Position numbers and translations under genes: made by a program. This document shows positions 62,401 to 64,000 of a stretch of 64,000 bases of DNA, one piece after another. Location: positions 26,104,001-26,168,000 of the forward strand of contig CM119372.1 in assembly GCA_051294905.1 (NCBI GenBank), given 5' to 3'. The notes below the pieces were generated by a model. That model searched no databases. It saw nothing but the letters and a program-made list of their open reading frames with translations, and had not been told where the DNA came from. The stretch is from Botryllus schlosseri. Taxonomy: Eukaryota. Every line of letters starts with the position of its first letter. Position 1 is the stretch's first letter.

Positions 62401-64000
62401 TAATATATTGCCCTCGTCTGTAGAAGGTTTGTAATACCGATCTATTCGCATTGACACCTGTCGGTCGAGGATAGGTGATAATCTCCTTCCCCGCACGTTT
62501 GGCAACTCATCAAACCCGACTGAGTAAACACAACGTGTCCGTCTTATTCGCATTAGGGTCACGTGTTCGAAATCAGTGCTAATGACCCCAGAATTGATCC
62601 GCCGAAAGGGTGGAAATCGTTCTAGAACTTGATACGAACCTGTAATTGCGAGGTTAAGGCGAACATGATACATCATTCCTGAAAAGTGCGGTTTTGGTGG
62701 GAATCTGATCTAAGTCTGGTCGCATTCACGGTTGAATTCACGGAAGCGACTTTCCCCTTGTCACTTCAAGGATCGCTCGAATTTGGTGGCGACGGTTCAT
62801 ATGATGTGAGCAGACACCTGCAGGTCGAAATCAGTACTATACCGCGTGGGACTAAATTTACGCAATTGTCCTTTTCAACAGAGATCAATCAAACCGCATA
62901 ATACAGATTACCGATCGCGGAACGAGTGTTTCCCACGAAGTGATAATTATCATCTTCATTACCCCTATAACCTTTAACATCACACTTGCATATAACAAAA
63001 TAAAGACAATCTGTAATAGTTGTCGGTATCACGAGGCGCCTTGAATAGACTCCCGATGTATACTGTCAATTATACTATCACCGCAGCAATCCGATATTGA
63101 ATCGACCGTAACACCAAAATTTATCATATTAGCATGAAGCAATTCTTATACGTTATATATAATTTTATGACCCTATAGCACTTGTACCGCTTATTATGTC
63201 GCAGGTAATCTTATCGATTCATTTCGACAGAGAAATGTGTTGTCGTAGGCTAATCAAAATACATGCGTTTTGTGTCCGTATATGAATGATTGCTCGCATA
63301 ACCTATTCAAACAATCGATATACCCTGCTTCATGAGGATTATGCTTTCATAGATGTGGATTTTAAGACTTCCCAAGAGTTCCAAAGACTTACAAAATGAT
63401 AACAAGAACATCTCAGATGAGAGTGATGTGATGTCACCATGGAAGAATATACATCAGTCGGATTTGAAACTTTACAAGAGTTGATATCTTTTTTTGCACC
63501 TCGCAGGCATAAAAATCGAAGTTTTTCGTCCCTAAGTAAGGCTAAAATTATAGCTGTCTATCGTTATCACGGTGTCCAAGATCGCAGAGTCATTGCTGAT
63601 GCAGCGACGGCGACGCTGTACTATTAATTTGACTTTTTATCCTGTCCGAAAAGAATGTTTGCATTGAAATTGACCAAGTCAGATGAAGTGTGCCGGTCAT
63701 GCTTCCGCATGCCGCGTAATACATCATTTTCGAGGGATGGGGATATGCGAAAACATGACTGAAAATTTCTTGTTAAAGGGAGTACAGACGTTGACGTAAT
63801 GTATTTTTCCTTATTATCCGTTCTATAATTATGCTGGAAAATCCGGATCGTCCATTTAATACCGACATGTCCTACTTATACAAAGTAGGGGTCTCAAACA
63901 AGCGACCCGCGTCGAAAACAAACGCAAGAACAATTTTATTCAAATATTTAAAAATGTGAATTTTATTTCGTGGCAGGCCTAAATTGCTTGATAGTAGATC

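Overview
AT-rich eukaryotic (animal, most likely invertebrate) genomic DNA with GT-AG introns and dense transposon content; most ORF-track entries are spurious. Manual splicing gives two minus-strand genes. (1) An apparently intact 21-exon gene (45197->24948, 711 aa) for a secreted protein: signal peptide, five peritrophin-A/CBM14 chitin-binding domains, a Pro/Thr linker, a hemicentin/VWA7-type vWA domain with an internal RRKR site, a Cys-rich segment and a sixth CBM14. Each of the first five CBM14s is split into two symmetric phase-1 half-domain exons. (2) A signal peptide + LRRNT + LRR gene (10349->~6776) whose first four exons are intact but whose downstream part looks decayed. The rest holds >20 non-autonomous DNA transposons (hAT with 8-bp TSDs, piggyBac, PIF/Harbinger, a Mutator-like foldback), two tRNA-derived SINE families, CR1/L2-type LINE fragments, and Penelope-like remnants. 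The Penelope remnants carry minimal hammerhead ribozyme motifs with a predicted pseudoknot; two of them lie in a 258-bp-arm palindrome. Gene models come from reading the sequence only and need transcript support.
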